A stretch of DNA of 64,000 nt from a virus. The stretch lies in the IMG/VR virus record IMGVR_UViG_3300045450_000145, positions 64,001-128,000 of that record; one strand, written 5' to 3'. The notes beneath the pieces were generated by a model, which did no database searches, had not been told where the DNA came from, and was given only the letters and a program-made list of their open reading frames with translations. This document shows, piece by piece, positions 7,173 to 16,198 of the stretch; position 1 is the first letter of the stretch, and each line of letters begins with the position of its first letter. The position numbers and the translations under genes are program-made.

Positions 7173-8543
7173 ATGAAAATTTCTACCGCACCAACATACT
7201 CTAACGACTCGAAGCAGTCTATTCGTGTTAAGAACTTCATGAATAGCGCCTTCAAGACGTTCTCGTTGTATGACAACGTTCGATCTATTCCAGCCATTGA
7301 TGGCCTGAAGCCATCTCAACGCAAAGCGCTATATGGTGTCTCTCTTCGTGGTGAGAACGCAGGCTTCATGCAAGTCGAACGTCTCTCGGCGCATGTCGCA
7401 TCCACCACAGACTATCACCACGGCGTCGGCTCGATGGAAGGTACTATTGCAGGCATGGGTGCCACTAAGTATCCAGGCTCCAATAACATGAATTTGTTTA
7501 TCCCTGAAGGGCAGTTTGGTTCTCGCCTCACCAAGGAACCAGGAGCTGGTCGTTACATCGAAACTGCACTCAGCCCATTCTTCCGCCAGCTTATGCGCAA
7601 GGAAGACGATGCAATTCTAGAGCACAACATGGTGGACGGGGAAAAGATCGAGCCTAAGCTTTACTTGCCCATCTTACCACTTGCACTTATCAACGGTGCA
7701 AGTGGCACGGGTACTGGGCATGCATGCGAAATTAAATCCTATAAGCCACATGACATTCGTGATGCGGTGCTTAAGGTGCTAAATGGCAAGAAGCTTGTCG
7801 AAGGCACCCTCATTCCTTGGTTTAGGGGCTTTCACGGTGACGTAGATCGCAACCCTGAAAATGGCCAAGTTATCATGACTGGTAAGCTCGAGGTAAAGAA
7901 TAGCACCACTATACTAATCACTGAGCTGCCCGTCGGTGTCTTCCTAGATGATTACAAAGATCACCTCAACAAGCTCGAAGAGAAGGAATTCATCAAGGAC
8001 TGGAATGACGCATCCACCGAGGAGTCCTTCGAGTTCACAGTTACTGTTCCTCGCACCACGACCGCCCTCGATGAAGTTGAACTCTATCAGAAGTTTAAGC
8101 TTATTTCCCGTGACACCGAGAACTTCACGATGTGGAACTCAAAGGGCTTGCTGCAGCGATTCACCAGTGCAGAGGCAGTGATTGAGGAGTTCACAACCTG
8201 GCGGCTTGGCTTCTATCAGAAGCGACTAGACAAACTAATTTCTGACACACGTGAGAACATTCGCCTACAGAGTGAAGTCGTGCGGTTCATTAAGTTCTAT
8301 CTAAAGAACGTTAACTTATTCCGCGACACATCGAAGAAGGACATTATTAACGTTCTGACTGAGAATGACTTCGTTGACTATGAGAAGCTTCTCTCAATGC
8401 CAATCTGGAACCTGACACGCGATCGTATAGCTGAACTGGAAAAGAAGCTCGAGGCCTTGATCGACCAGCTTGACACACTGCTTTCAGACACCGCGTCAAG
8501 CATGTATGAGCGCGAACTAAAGCAATTTAATTACGTCGGGTAA
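7173..8543 (+). CDS. gp52: type II DNA topoisomerase medium (breakage-reunion) subunit, T4 gp52-like
   Basis: RSIPAIDGLKPSQRK, YHHG, GQFGSR, active-site GAGRY, ITELP. Confidence 0.95.
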   Translation: MKISTAPTYSNDSKQSIRVKNFMNSAFKTFSLYDNVRSIPAIDGLKPSQRKALYGVSLRGENAGFMQVERLSAHVASTTDYHHGVGSMEGTIAGMGATKYPGSNNMNLFIPEGQFGSRLTKEPGAGRYIETALSPFFRQLMRKEDDAILEHNMVDGEKIEPKLYLPILPLALINGASGTGTGHACEIKSYKPHDIRDAVLKVLNGKKLVEGTLIPWFRGFHGDVDRNPENGQVIMTGKLEVKNSTTILITELPVGVFLDDYKDHLNKLEEKEFIKDWNDASTEESFEFTVTVPRTTTALDEVELYQKFKLISRDTENFTMWNSKGLLQRFTSAEAVIEEFTTWRLGFYQKRLDKLISDTRENIRLQSEVVRFIKFYLKNVNLFRDTSKKDIINVLTENDFVDYEKLLSMPIWNLTRDRIAELEKKLEALIDQLDTLLSDTASSMYERELKQFNYVG

Positions 8544-8548
8544 CATAT

Positions 8549-8591
8549 TACTACATGGCCTGCCTATGTTATAAAAGCAGGCCATGTAGTA
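8549..8591. repeat. perfect 15-bp inverted repeat with a 13-nt loop
   Basis: TACTACATGGCCTGC / GCAGGCCATGTAGTA. Confidence 0.85.
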
Positions 8592-8615
8592 CAATAAAAA
8601 AATTCCAACATCGAA

Positions 8616-8635
8616 AGCATTAGATGAAAAATAAG
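8616..8635 (+). repeat. copy of dispersed motif AGCATTAGWT-NNN-AAATAA overlapping a start codon
   Basis: AGCATTAGATGAAAAATAAG; 18/20 identical to the copy at 60524. Confidence 0.6.
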
Positions 8636-9007
8636 CAAAAAGTTAGCACGCCTAAGTCGATTATGGGCAACTACCAGATTGTGTTCTATTTTGCATTGGT
8701 TGGATTGTACGCGGCAACTCAATGGGTGATCTTTCTAGCGCCGCTTTATTTGCTTACCGGCTTTCTAATTTTAGTATCTGCGTTGGCCATTATTGGCGCA
8801 CTGTGCCTATTCCCTGAAAAGATCAAGCATGAGAAAAAGCTAATGAATGCCCGTGAAACATTCAACTATTGGGCAATGAAGCTAGTCGGTGTATTGCTTG
8901 CTTATCTGTGCTTTGCAGTGGGGCACCCAATTCTATCACTGCAATTCCTAATCTGCCTTGCTATCTCCAGCGGGATGCGAGACGTAAATCTTGAGCAGCC
9001 AGTATGA
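8624..9007 (+). CDS. 4-TM membrane protein (paralog family 1)
   Basis: hydrophobic helices; RETFNYW..GH motif shared with 9360-9734. Confidence 0.75.
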   Translation: MKNKQKVSTPKSIMGNYQIVFYFALVGLYAATQWVIFLAPLYLLTGFLILVSALAIIGALCLFPEKIKHEKKLMNARETFNYWAMKLVGVLLAYLCFAVGHPILSLQFLICLAISSGMRDVNLEQPV

Positions 9008-9363
9008 CTAAGTTAATCCCTGTTTCTCTTGCGACCGTAATGTGCTTAATCTTGGTATTGGCCCATGCAATGGAAGTTAAAAATCTCTTTGTACCTCTAA
9101 TATTTGCATATTTTTCAGTTATAGCATATCTATTTTCTGCTCTAGCTGGAATTCTAATGATCATCAGGGGTTTTCCAGTAGTTGAGAAAATCACCGAGTC
9201 ATATAATCCTATACAGTTCTGGGTGTTAATGGTGGGAGGAGTAAATATGGCATGTGCTCTAATTAGAAATGACATCTCCTCCATACTAGCAGGAATGCTA
9301 ATTGCTGCAGTATGTATCCAGTGTGCAATGCGGCACACTCACTTTATTGGAGAAAATCAATGA
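9004..9363 (+). CDS. 4-TM membrane protein (probable paralog family 1)
   Basis: ATGA overlap; similar size and hydropathy to its neighbours. Confidence 0.7.
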   Translation: MTKLIPVSLATVMCLILVLAHAMEVKNLFVPLIFAYFSVIAYLFSALAGILMIIRGFPVVEKITESYNPIQFWVLMVGGVNMACALIRNDISSILAGMLIAAVCIQCAMRHTHFIGENQ

Positions 9364-9734
9364 AAGAAAAGCTTAAGAAGTTCAATCTAAATTGGATTGT
9401 TATGGCTTTACTAGTATTAGTCGTATGGTTCGATTGGTGGCTTTTGCTAATTCCTGTGTATATTTTAATGGTGCTCACCTTTATAGTGTTCTGCTTTGCG
9501 CTAATTGCGCAGTTAAGCAAAGCAGTTAAGTTTAGACATCGTGTAATTGCTCGCACAAATAGAGAACTCTTCATATATTGGAGCAACATCCTTGCGTGGG
9601 TAGTTAATCTTTATGCAGTCATTCACCTTGGGCATATCTTTTTAGCCACCCTGATGGGTTGTGTAATTCTTTACACCCTATCTTTGTATAATAGTGAACC
9701 TATCCCTGATAATGGTAAAAAGGAAGCGCTATGA
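9360..9734 (+). CDS. 4-TM membrane protein (paralog family 1)
   Basis: GGAG SD before ATG 9360; RELFIYW..GH motif. Confidence 0.75.
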   Translation: MKEKLKKFNLNWIVMALLVLVVWFDWWLLLIPVYILMVLTFIVFCFALIAQLSKAVKFRHRVIARTNRELFIYWSNILAWVVNLYAVIHLGHIFLATLMGCVILYTLSLYNSEPIPDNGKKEAL

Positions 9735-10096
9735 TTGTTTTTGCTATCGCGGCCATTGCAATTATGTGGACAGCAGTAATTGGAATTGTTATGGCTCACC
9801 TTGGAGAAAAAAGGTTACAGAAAGAAAATGTAAAGGAGGAGCAAGCCTCACTTAACGTGTTATCAGATGATGCCCCAGTAACCTCTAACGTTTCGTCGTT
9901 TAGGGTATATGAAGGTAGCAATATCTATGAATCCCTCGGGAGCCCAACAAAAGTAGGTCAGCTAGTTGAGACAAACATGGAAAGTGGTAAGGCTGCAATC
10001 TTCGTGTTAGCAAAAATTGCGCCCGAACGAATGGGGTATGTTACAATTAATTGGCTCGAATTTAAGTTCGTAAAATACGTAGAACAAAATGAATAA
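9731..10096 (+). CDS. single-TM membrane-anchored protein
   Basis: N-terminal hydrophobic helix; ATGA overlap. Confidence 0.7.
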   Translation: MIVFAIAAIAIMWTAVIGIVMAHLGEKRLQKENVKEEQASLNVLSDDAPVTSNVSSFRVYEGSNIYESLGSPTKVGQLVETNMESGKAAIFVLAKIAPERMGYVTINWLEFKFVKYVEQNE

Positions 10097-11006
10097 TCCA
10101 TACAAGACTTTAGGTGTGCCTGACAACTGCAGCAAGGATGAAGCTCGAAAGGCATATCGAAAGCTTGCAATGCAGCATCACCCTGACAGGGGAGGAGACG
10201 AGGCTGTATTTAAGGAGTTGAAGCTGGCATGGGAAAGCATTGACACTGGCTGGAAGCAACCCCAGCAAAGCGCATATAGTAAACCTAAGCGCAGCACTTC
10301 ATTCAGTGAAGAGTTTAATAAGACAAATCAGGCAAAGCACAATGGGGAGCATGCGGCTTTTAAACGTAAGTTCTACAACACTGACGACATCAACGACATC
10401 TTCAATGACTTTAAGACCAACACTGGCCCAAAGTCAACTCGCTTTAATCAAAATGAGGGATTTTACCAAGAATATGGTGCGAAGGTCTCAATGAGGCAGG
10501 CATTCTTAGGGTTTCACTTCCAAATTCCTAAGATTGTGAATATTAACGGCATGACAACAAATAATATCTTTGTTCCAGGTGGTGCATTCCCGGGTCATAG
10601 CATGATAGTTGCGCCTGGCGTCAAGGTTAATGTGCAATTCACTGACACTAATTTTAAGATGCGAGGGTTAGATAGTGAATTTGACAGTCCATTTACTGCA
10701 TCACTTCTAGCTGGAGATATCGAGGTAGAGAAGCATATTGATGCAATAGACTTAATCACCGGTGCGTGGATTACTATACAGGACTTTTTAGGCGAGGACC
10801 TACGTGTTAGAATCCCAGAAGGATTTGACCCCCAACGTCGGCTTAAGATCGCGAATAAAGGCTATGCAAGTTGGAGCGTCGACACTGGCCCAAACACCGA
10901 ATTTAGGCAGCACATGTTTGTAAAGGTAATTCCTGTCTTTAACAAGCCATCTAATATAGAGCGTGATAAAATTATCAACTTATACAAGTCAATCCAGGAA
11001 AAATGA
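10089..11006 (+). CDS. dnaJ: DnaJ-class (J-domain) co-chaperone
   Basis: PYKTLGV..RKLAMQHHPDRGGD J-domain with HPD; C-terminal DnaJ_C-like region. Confidence 0.9.
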   Translation: MNNPYKTLGVPDNCSKDEARKAYRKLAMQHHPDRGGDEAVFKELKLAWESIDTGWKQPQQSAYSKPKRSTSFSEEFNKTNQAKHNGEHAAFKRKFYNTDDINDIFNDFKTNTGPKSTRFNQNEGFYQEYGAKVSMRQAFLGFHFQIPKIVNINGMTTNNIFVPGGAFPGHSMIVAPGVKVNVQFTDTNFKMRGLDSEFDSPFTASLLAGDIEVEKHIDAIDLITGAWITIQDFLGEDLRVRIPEGFDPQRRLKIANKGYASWSVDTGPNTEFRQHMFVKVIPVFNKPSNIERDKIINLYKSIQEK

Positions 11007-11539
11007 TCTTTTACGAACCTCCATACCGAGGTCTCAGCAAACTGATCTCCGGCGGGCAGTGCGGTGCTGACTTTGGCGGGGTGGACGCTGGCTTACATTT
11101 CGGAATTAAAACTGGTGGGCACGTGCCATATGGCTGGAGGACCCACTTTGGGCCAAAGCCAGAATTGGCTTTGCATGGCTTAGTTGAACACCCATCAGCC
11201 GCCTATCAGCCACGTACGAGGGTAAATGTAAAGCACGCCGATGCGACTGCCATTATTGGTACTAACCTACAATCCCCAGGGTGCAAGTTAACTTTAAAGT
11301 ACTGCAAAGAACTAAACAAGCCCGCGTTGCTCTTTCCTATACCGGGAATATTCGATGAGAACTTGCTAAATGAATATACACTGCAACTCACTAATGATAT
11401 AATTGAAAGACAAATTACCACCCTTAACGTGGCTGGAAATCGTGATAAGTACGGTACATTGCACTATGATTTCACCTTCAGCCTAATTTTGAAAATGCTT
11501 TTATTGCTAGAAGAACAAAATCTAGTAGTTAGGAAATAA
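11003..11539 (+). CDS. SLOG-superfamily (MoCo-carrier-like/cpYpsA) protein
   Basis: ISGGQCGADFGG, RTRVNVKHADAT, LNVAGNR. Confidence 0.8.
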   Translation: MIFYEPPYRGLSKLISGGQCGADFGGVDAGLHFGIKTGGHVPYGWRTHFGPKPELALHGLVEHPSAAYQPRTRVNVKHADATAIIGTNLQSPGCKLTLKYCKELNKPALLFPIPGIFDENLLNEYTLQLTNDIIERQITTLNVAGNRDKYGTLHYDFTFSLILKMLLLLEEQNLVVRK

Positions 11540-11540
11540 G

Positions 11541-12098
11541 ATGAATTTAGAACAGAAATCTAAGATGCTGTCGTACTTGCTCAGACATAAACCTGAGAAT
11601 GCAAACTTATCTATTGACAGTCAAGGTTATGTGCCTGTGGATGAGCTAGTATTAAATGCTAAATTTACTATTAATGAGCTCAAGCAAATCGTCGCAGAGG
11701 ACAGCAAGCAACGCTACTCATTTGCAAATGGCTTTACCCTTATCAGAGCCAATCAGGGTCATACTACTTCTAAAGTAAAGATGCAATTCAACATTGCTTT
11801 CCCTCCTCTGGTGCTTTACCATGGCACTTCATATAAGTCATATAATGACATTATGAAAGAGGGTCTGATTCCAATGTCACGCCACCACGTTCACCTCTCT
11901 GAAAGCCTAGATGTTGCAAAGCAGGTAGCAACTCGTAGATTCAAACGCCCAAGTTCCAACCTGCCATCATACATTATTTTGAAGATTGACTCTGGCCAAA
12001 TGCGCGCAGATGGGTTAAAATTCTACAAAAGCGACAATGACGTTTGGCTTGTCGACCATGTTCCACCACAATATATTAGCATACATAATGAATTTTAA
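11541..12098 (+). CDS. kptA: RNA 2'-phosphotransferase Tpt1/KptA
   Basis: SYLLRH, KQRY, IRANQGH, LYHGT, RHHVHLS. Confidence 0.92.
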   Translation: MNLEQKSKMLSYLLRHKPENANLSIDSQGYVPVDELVLNAKFTINELKQIVAEDSKQRYSFANGFTLIRANQGHTTSKVKMQFNIAFPPLVLYHGTSYKSYNDIMKEGLIPMSRHHVHLSESLDVAKQVATRRFKRPSSNLPSYIILKIDSGQMRADGLKFYKSDNDVWLVDHVPPQYISIHNEF

Positions 12099-13029
12099 AA
12101 CAATCTGGCAAGGCGTTAAAAAAGCATTCCGCAGTGACACCTGGGAATACCAATACATCGACTTGGTACGTGACATCCTGGAAAATGGCGATGACCGCAT
12201 GGATCGAACTGGCACTGGCACGCGTTCAGTCTTTGGCCGGCAGCTTGACATTCCACTCTACAATGGCTTTCCAGCGGTTACCGGTAAAAAGCTTGCTTGG
12301 CGTTCCGTTTTAACTGAAGATTTATTTTTTGTTGAAGGTTCTAATGATGAACGGCGGCTGGCTGAGCTTCTGCACGGCACGCGTGACCCATTGAAGAGAA
12401 CCATCTGGACAGATAACGCGGAAGCAAATTATTGGAAGCCTAAAGCCAAGTTTGAAGGTGACCTAGGTCGGGTTTATGGCGTTCAATGGCGCCACTGGAA
12501 CACATATCAGCCTGTGGATGGTAGCAAAGATGGCGACCTGTTTACGCCGGGTAAAGAAATTGATCAGCTTGCCGAAGCAATCAATAAGATTAAAAATAAC
12601 CCAGCCGACAGGCGAATTATCGTCAGTGCCTGGAACGTTGGTGAACTAGATCAAATGGCTTTACCACCATGTCACATGCTATTCCAACTCTACGTTGAGA
12701 ATGGTAGACTTTCCTGCCAAATGTATCAACGGTCGGTTGACACGATGCTAGGCTTGCCATTCAATATTGCATCTTATGCTTTGCTTACTCACATGATTGC
12801 TAAAGTTTGTAATCTAAAAGTTGGTCGGCTAATTATGTGCTTGGGTGATGTTCATATTTACAAGGACCATCTTGATGGAGCTCGCGAGCAAATTAAGCGT
12901 AAGCCATACGATCCACCAGCTTTAATTATCGAGGGCAATCAACAAACAATTGATGATTTCAAGGAATCAGATTTCTGCTTGAGTAACTATACTCACCACA
13001 AGAAAATCGAAATGAAGATGAGCACTTAA
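12088..13029 (+). CDS. thyA: thymidylate synthase
   Basis: DRTGTGT, LGRVYGVQWR, LPPCH, QRSVD..GLPFNIASY, HIY; start reassigned to ATG 12088. Confidence 0.95.
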   Translation: MNFKTIWQGVKKAFRSDTWEYQYIDLVRDILENGDDRMDRTGTGTRSVFGRQLDIPLYNGFPAVTGKKLAWRSVLTEDLFFVEGSNDERRLAELLHGTRDPLKRTIWTDNAEANYWKPKAKFEGDLGRVYGVQWRHWNTYQPVDGSKDGDLFTPGKEIDQLAEAINKIKNNPADRRIIVSAWNVGELDQMALPPCHMLFQLYVENGRLSCQMYQRSVDTMLGLPFNIASYALLTHMIAKVCNLKVGRLIMCLGDVHIYKDHLDGAREQIKRKPYDPPALIIEGNQQTIDDFKESDFCLSNYTHHKKIEMKMST

Positions 13030-13030
13030 C

Positions 13031-13282
13031 ATGACTATTGAAAATCTTAATGAGCCACCTGAGAGGTGGGTAATTGATACATTTAGCTTTGAAATTAAGC
13101 TAGTTAAAGAAGATTGGTATCAAGCGCTCTTTCCAAAGTATCTGTTAAGCGGCAGGCTGGCGGGTCCTTATGACAACCACGAATTGGCAGTTGAACAGTC
13201 GCATATTATGATTGTTCAAAAAATCAAGGAGTATGAATTTGAAATCATGCGCCTTTACAAACTACTGGACACTGACAAATGA
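13031..13282 (+). CDS. hypothetical protein
   Basis: tiled 83-aa ORF. Confidence 0.65.
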   Translation: MTIENLNEPPERWVIDTFSFEIKLVKEDWYQALFPKYLLSGRLAGPYDNHELAVEQSHIMIVQKIKEYEFEIMRLYKLLDTDK

Positions 13283-13806
13283 AACCCATCACCACATTTT
13301 ACCGCTACATCAGACCTCTGAAGTTTGACTTATTCAGACGGACAATGGTGCCTCGGAAAAATGGTGGTGTATGTCTGCATATTCAAGAGCTTGTAGATGA
13401 CTACGTTAATGAGCACGATGAAGTTTACCCAAAAGCTTTTGCCGTAAGGTTTGATATATGTGGCAATAATACTAAATTTATCAAGCCGATCGCAAAGTTT
13501 AATGCTGAGCGTGGAAATACATTCCACGTCTTCTGTGAAAACAAAGACATTAAGTTTGATGTTGAAGCTTTTCCACAGATGGTCAATGATCGAATTGAAA
13601 CAATGCGCATGCTAGAAGTTGAATTTCCAGATTTAAAAGGTCCACGTGTAAAGTGCGGCCACTACACGCTTCTTGCAAACGCACTTAATCAAATTGTGGA
13701 CAATAACATTCTAGAAGAGCATAAGATGCGGCAATACAATGATGTTATTATGGCATTGCATCTTACAAAGTTATACGCTCATAAGAGCACTGAGGTTCAC
13801 GAGTAA
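13279..13806 (+). CDS. hypothetical protein
   Basis: ATGA overlap; 175 aa. Confidence 0.7.
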   Translation: MKPITTFYRYIRPLKFDLFRRTMVPRKNGGVCLHIQELVDDYVNEHDEVYPKAFAVRFDICGNNTKFIKPIAKFNAERGNTFHVFCENKDIKFDVEAFPQMVNDRIETMRMLEVEFPDLKGPRVKCGHYTLLANALNQIVDNNILEEHKMRQYNDVIMALHLTKLYAHKSTEVHE

Positions 13807-13818
13807 AAGGATAAAATT

Positions 13819-14367
13819 ATGAAGACTGTTTTTGGTGATATTACTACTGCCAAGAAGGGCATTATTGTGCATCAAGTAAATGCGCAGGGTGTTATGGGTT
13901 CTGGAGTCGCTAAAGCCCTCCGTGATAAGTGGCCTGAAGTTTATATGGTTTACAAACAGCACCATGATGAAAATTATAAAGCTCAGGATAAAGGCCGAAG
14001 CTTACTAGGTGATGTGTCATATGCGATCGTTGGAGATGGTTTAGCGGTTGCTAACTTGGTAGGGCAACAATTTTATGGTAGAGAGAAAAACCGTAAGTAT
14101 ACCTCGTATGACGCCCTTGACAAAGGCTTTGCAGATATTGCAAATATGGCGAGAAATTGTATTGAAATAGGTAATAAAGATATCGAAGTCCACTTTCCAC
14201 TTATCGGCGCAGGGCTTGGTGGTGGCAACTGGACCACAATTAGTTCGCTCATTGGGTTACACTTTGATAAAATACCTCATGCACTATGGATTAAAATCCA
14301 TAGTGATAACCTCTATACCCAAAGAGCCCTAAACAAAGCTAACCACGCCCGAGATATTTTATGCTAG
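13819..14367 (+). CDS. macrodomain (ADP-ribose processing) protein
   Basis: GDIT, HQVNAQGVMGSGVA, FPLIGAGLGGGNW. Confidence 0.9.
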   Translation: MKTVFGDITTAKKGIIVHQVNAQGVMGSGVAKALRDKWPEVYMVYKQHHDENYKAQDKGRSLLGDVSYAIVGDGLAVANLVGQQFYGREKNRKYTSYDALDKGFADIANMARNCIEIGNKDIEVHFPLIGAGLGGGNWTTISSLIGLHFDKIPHALWIKIHSDNLYTQRALNKANHARDILC

Positions 14368-15255
14368 ATGTCTTTAATCCTAGACACTTCATCCTTATTA
14401 GTAAAAGCTAAATTAAGACAATACATTCTCCACCACTTTAATAAAGAGTCGGTGGATTTTATGCAACTAAACTTAGAGACTTTCCAAGCTGATTACAACA
14501 ACTTCATCGAAATGAATTTTGACTTAGCATCTAAGCTAGATAAACTTAGACCAGCAGGTGTTGGGCCAGGAGAACTTATCTTGTGGTTTCTATTTGATGA
14601 AATCACGTTAGGTGGTAAAAATTCTAGCATTGACTTGTTATTCAATGGCTTACCATTTGCAGAGGTGAAGGGTGGTGTCTACATTAAGAAAGACAACGCA
14701 ATTACTGATTTTAAAATCAGTAAAGATGCAGACCCAGCGGTGCATCTGATTTTGAGGGATTTAGAAGCATTCAATAATAAGTATGAGGAAATTACAGGCA
14801 GCAAACTGGCTTATTGGAGAGATGGTGATATAAGCAAAAACACCCTCAACGCATACAGCCACATCGACTTAGAACGCCTTGCAAGGAAATATTCTGGTCC
14901 TATTCGTGGAAACATCTCGCTGCTATTTTCGTCTAACGGTGAGATTTACCAGAATGGAATCATGAAGTCCATTGCAAACTGGCATGATGATACCTTTCAC
15001 GACAAAATAGCCGAATTTATGGTGTCTGATGTGCAAATCGCTGTAGATAATAATATCAGCACCATAAAGAAAATTGTTGGACGTTGGCGGGCTCAGGCGT
15101 ATCTGGACTATATTAAGGGTAAGAACTTTGTATTGATAGATAGCAAGAAGCTCACCATGTTACATTTTGGTGCGATAAAGAAGAATGCAGTTGACTTAAA
15201 TAGAATCTGCAGAAACCAACCTCAGGCAAGAATCTTACTTAACAAGGTACATTAG
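14368..15255 (+). CDS. hypothetical protein, possible PD-(D/E)XK nuclease fold
   Basis: GPGE...SIDLL..AEVKG. Confidence 0.6.
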   Translation: MSLILDTSSLLVKAKLRQYILHHFNKESVDFMQLNLETFQADYNNFIEMNFDLASKLDKLRPAGVGPGELILWFLFDEITLGGKNSSIDLLFNGLPFAEVKGGVYIKKDNAITDFKISKDADPAVHLILRDLEAFNNKYEEITGSKLAYWRDGDISKNTLNAYSHIDLERLARKYSGPIRGNISLLFSSNGEIYQNGIMKSIANWHDDTFHDKIAEFMVSDVQIAVDNNISTIKKIVGRWRAQAYLDYIKGKNFVLIDSKKLTMLHFGAIKKNAVDLNRICRNQPQARILLNKVH

Positions 15256-15262
15256 GAATATT

Positions 15263-15439
15263 ATGGGTGAACATGTAGACAACAGAAAGAGCGTTAAGCG
15301 CCATAAGAAGACTTATGAAGGCGATGCTGGTAAAAGACAGCAACGAGTCTCTTTCAAAAACTATCTTCGCCAAGTTGAAGAAGAACTGCTTGAAGATGAC
15401 TTGAATAGTTTAGAAGAAAACGGCGAACAAGCTAGTTGA
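15263..15439 (+). CDS. small hypothetical protein (58 aa, not in ORF track)
   Basis: AGGA SD; basic N-half and acidic C-half. Confidence 0.6.
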   Translation: MGEHVDNRKSVKRHKKTYEGDAGKRQQRVSFKNYLRQVEEELLEDDLNSLEENGEQAS

Positions 15440-15468
15440 ACCTTTATGGCGAACATAAGTTGAGCGGT

Positions 15469-15476
15469 TATAAATA
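15469..15476 (+). promoter_or_regulatory. T4-late-like promoter
   Basis: exact TATAAATA upstream of the structural module. Confidence 0.65.
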
Positions 15477-15497
15477 TGAGTAAATTTAGGACCGCAA

Positions 15498-15992
15498 ATG
15501 CTAGTTGTACCGCTAAAAAGAGACAAGATTGAAACCAAAGACGGCGTTTCATTTCAAGTATTATCATACACCAATTACCGGGATAAGGGACCGGCAGTCT
15601 ATGTAGAGCACACGCCTGCTGTACCATCTGACGCCGTGTATTTCTTTGACATTGCCAAAATTAATGGCAAGACAGTTGAGTTTATTCCAGGTGCAAAGGT
15701 ATTCAGATCACTTGGCCCACTTGGTAGAAAAATTCAACTTCCACAGCCAAATGACACCATCGTTTACCGTGATGGTTCAGGTGCACACACAATTACTGTC
15801 AAGAACTTAAAGCTCCACAAACGAGGTGATCTCGCCAAGGGGCTTTTAGTCATTGGCGTGGATGGTGTCACTGAAGAGCAAGTAACAGTTAGAATGGCAC
15901 AAATTATTGACATTCAACGCGACATTGGCAATGACATGTTCTCGAAAGATAAATTCTTATCCTTGTATAGCGATTACCTTGGGAGCCGTTAA
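15498..15992 (+). CDS. hypothetical late protein
   Basis: AGGA SD; downstream of TATAAATA. Confidence 0.7.
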   Translation: MLVVPLKRDKIETKDGVSFQVLSYTNYRDKGPAVYVEHTPAVPSDAVYFFDIAKINGKTVEFIPGAKVFRSLGPLGRKIQLPQPNDTIVYRDGSGAHTITVKNLKLHKRGDLAKGLLVIGVDGVTEEQVTVRMAQIIDIQRDIGNDMFSKDKFLSLYSDYLGSR

Positions 15993-16198
15993 TGTCTTTG
16001 CTGAAGCAGTTAGATAACGTCGCCGACAAGGTGGCATATCAGAAATATAGTTTGCAGTTCGGTATTGAGACAATCGATTTAATGGTACCTCTTAAGAATG
16101 CAAAGATGTTTGAGGCTGAAATTAACAAGGCTTCTATTCAAAACAAGAAGCAGCTCTTGGATGTAATTGATTCGTATAACGGTGAAGTGAAGAAATAA
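15992..16198 (+). CDS. hypothetical protein
   Basis: TAATG overlaps on both sides. Confidence 0.65.
   Translation: MSLLKQLDNVADKVAYQKYSLQFGIETIDLMVPLKNAKMFEAEINKASIQNKKQLLDVIDSYNGEVKK

Noticed and set aside
12088-13029. ThyA as a base-modifying enzyme (dCMP hydroxymethylase-like)
   Set aside because: It keeps the dUMP-specifying Asn in GLPFNIASY and the other canonical ThyA motifs; no modification cluster is adjacent
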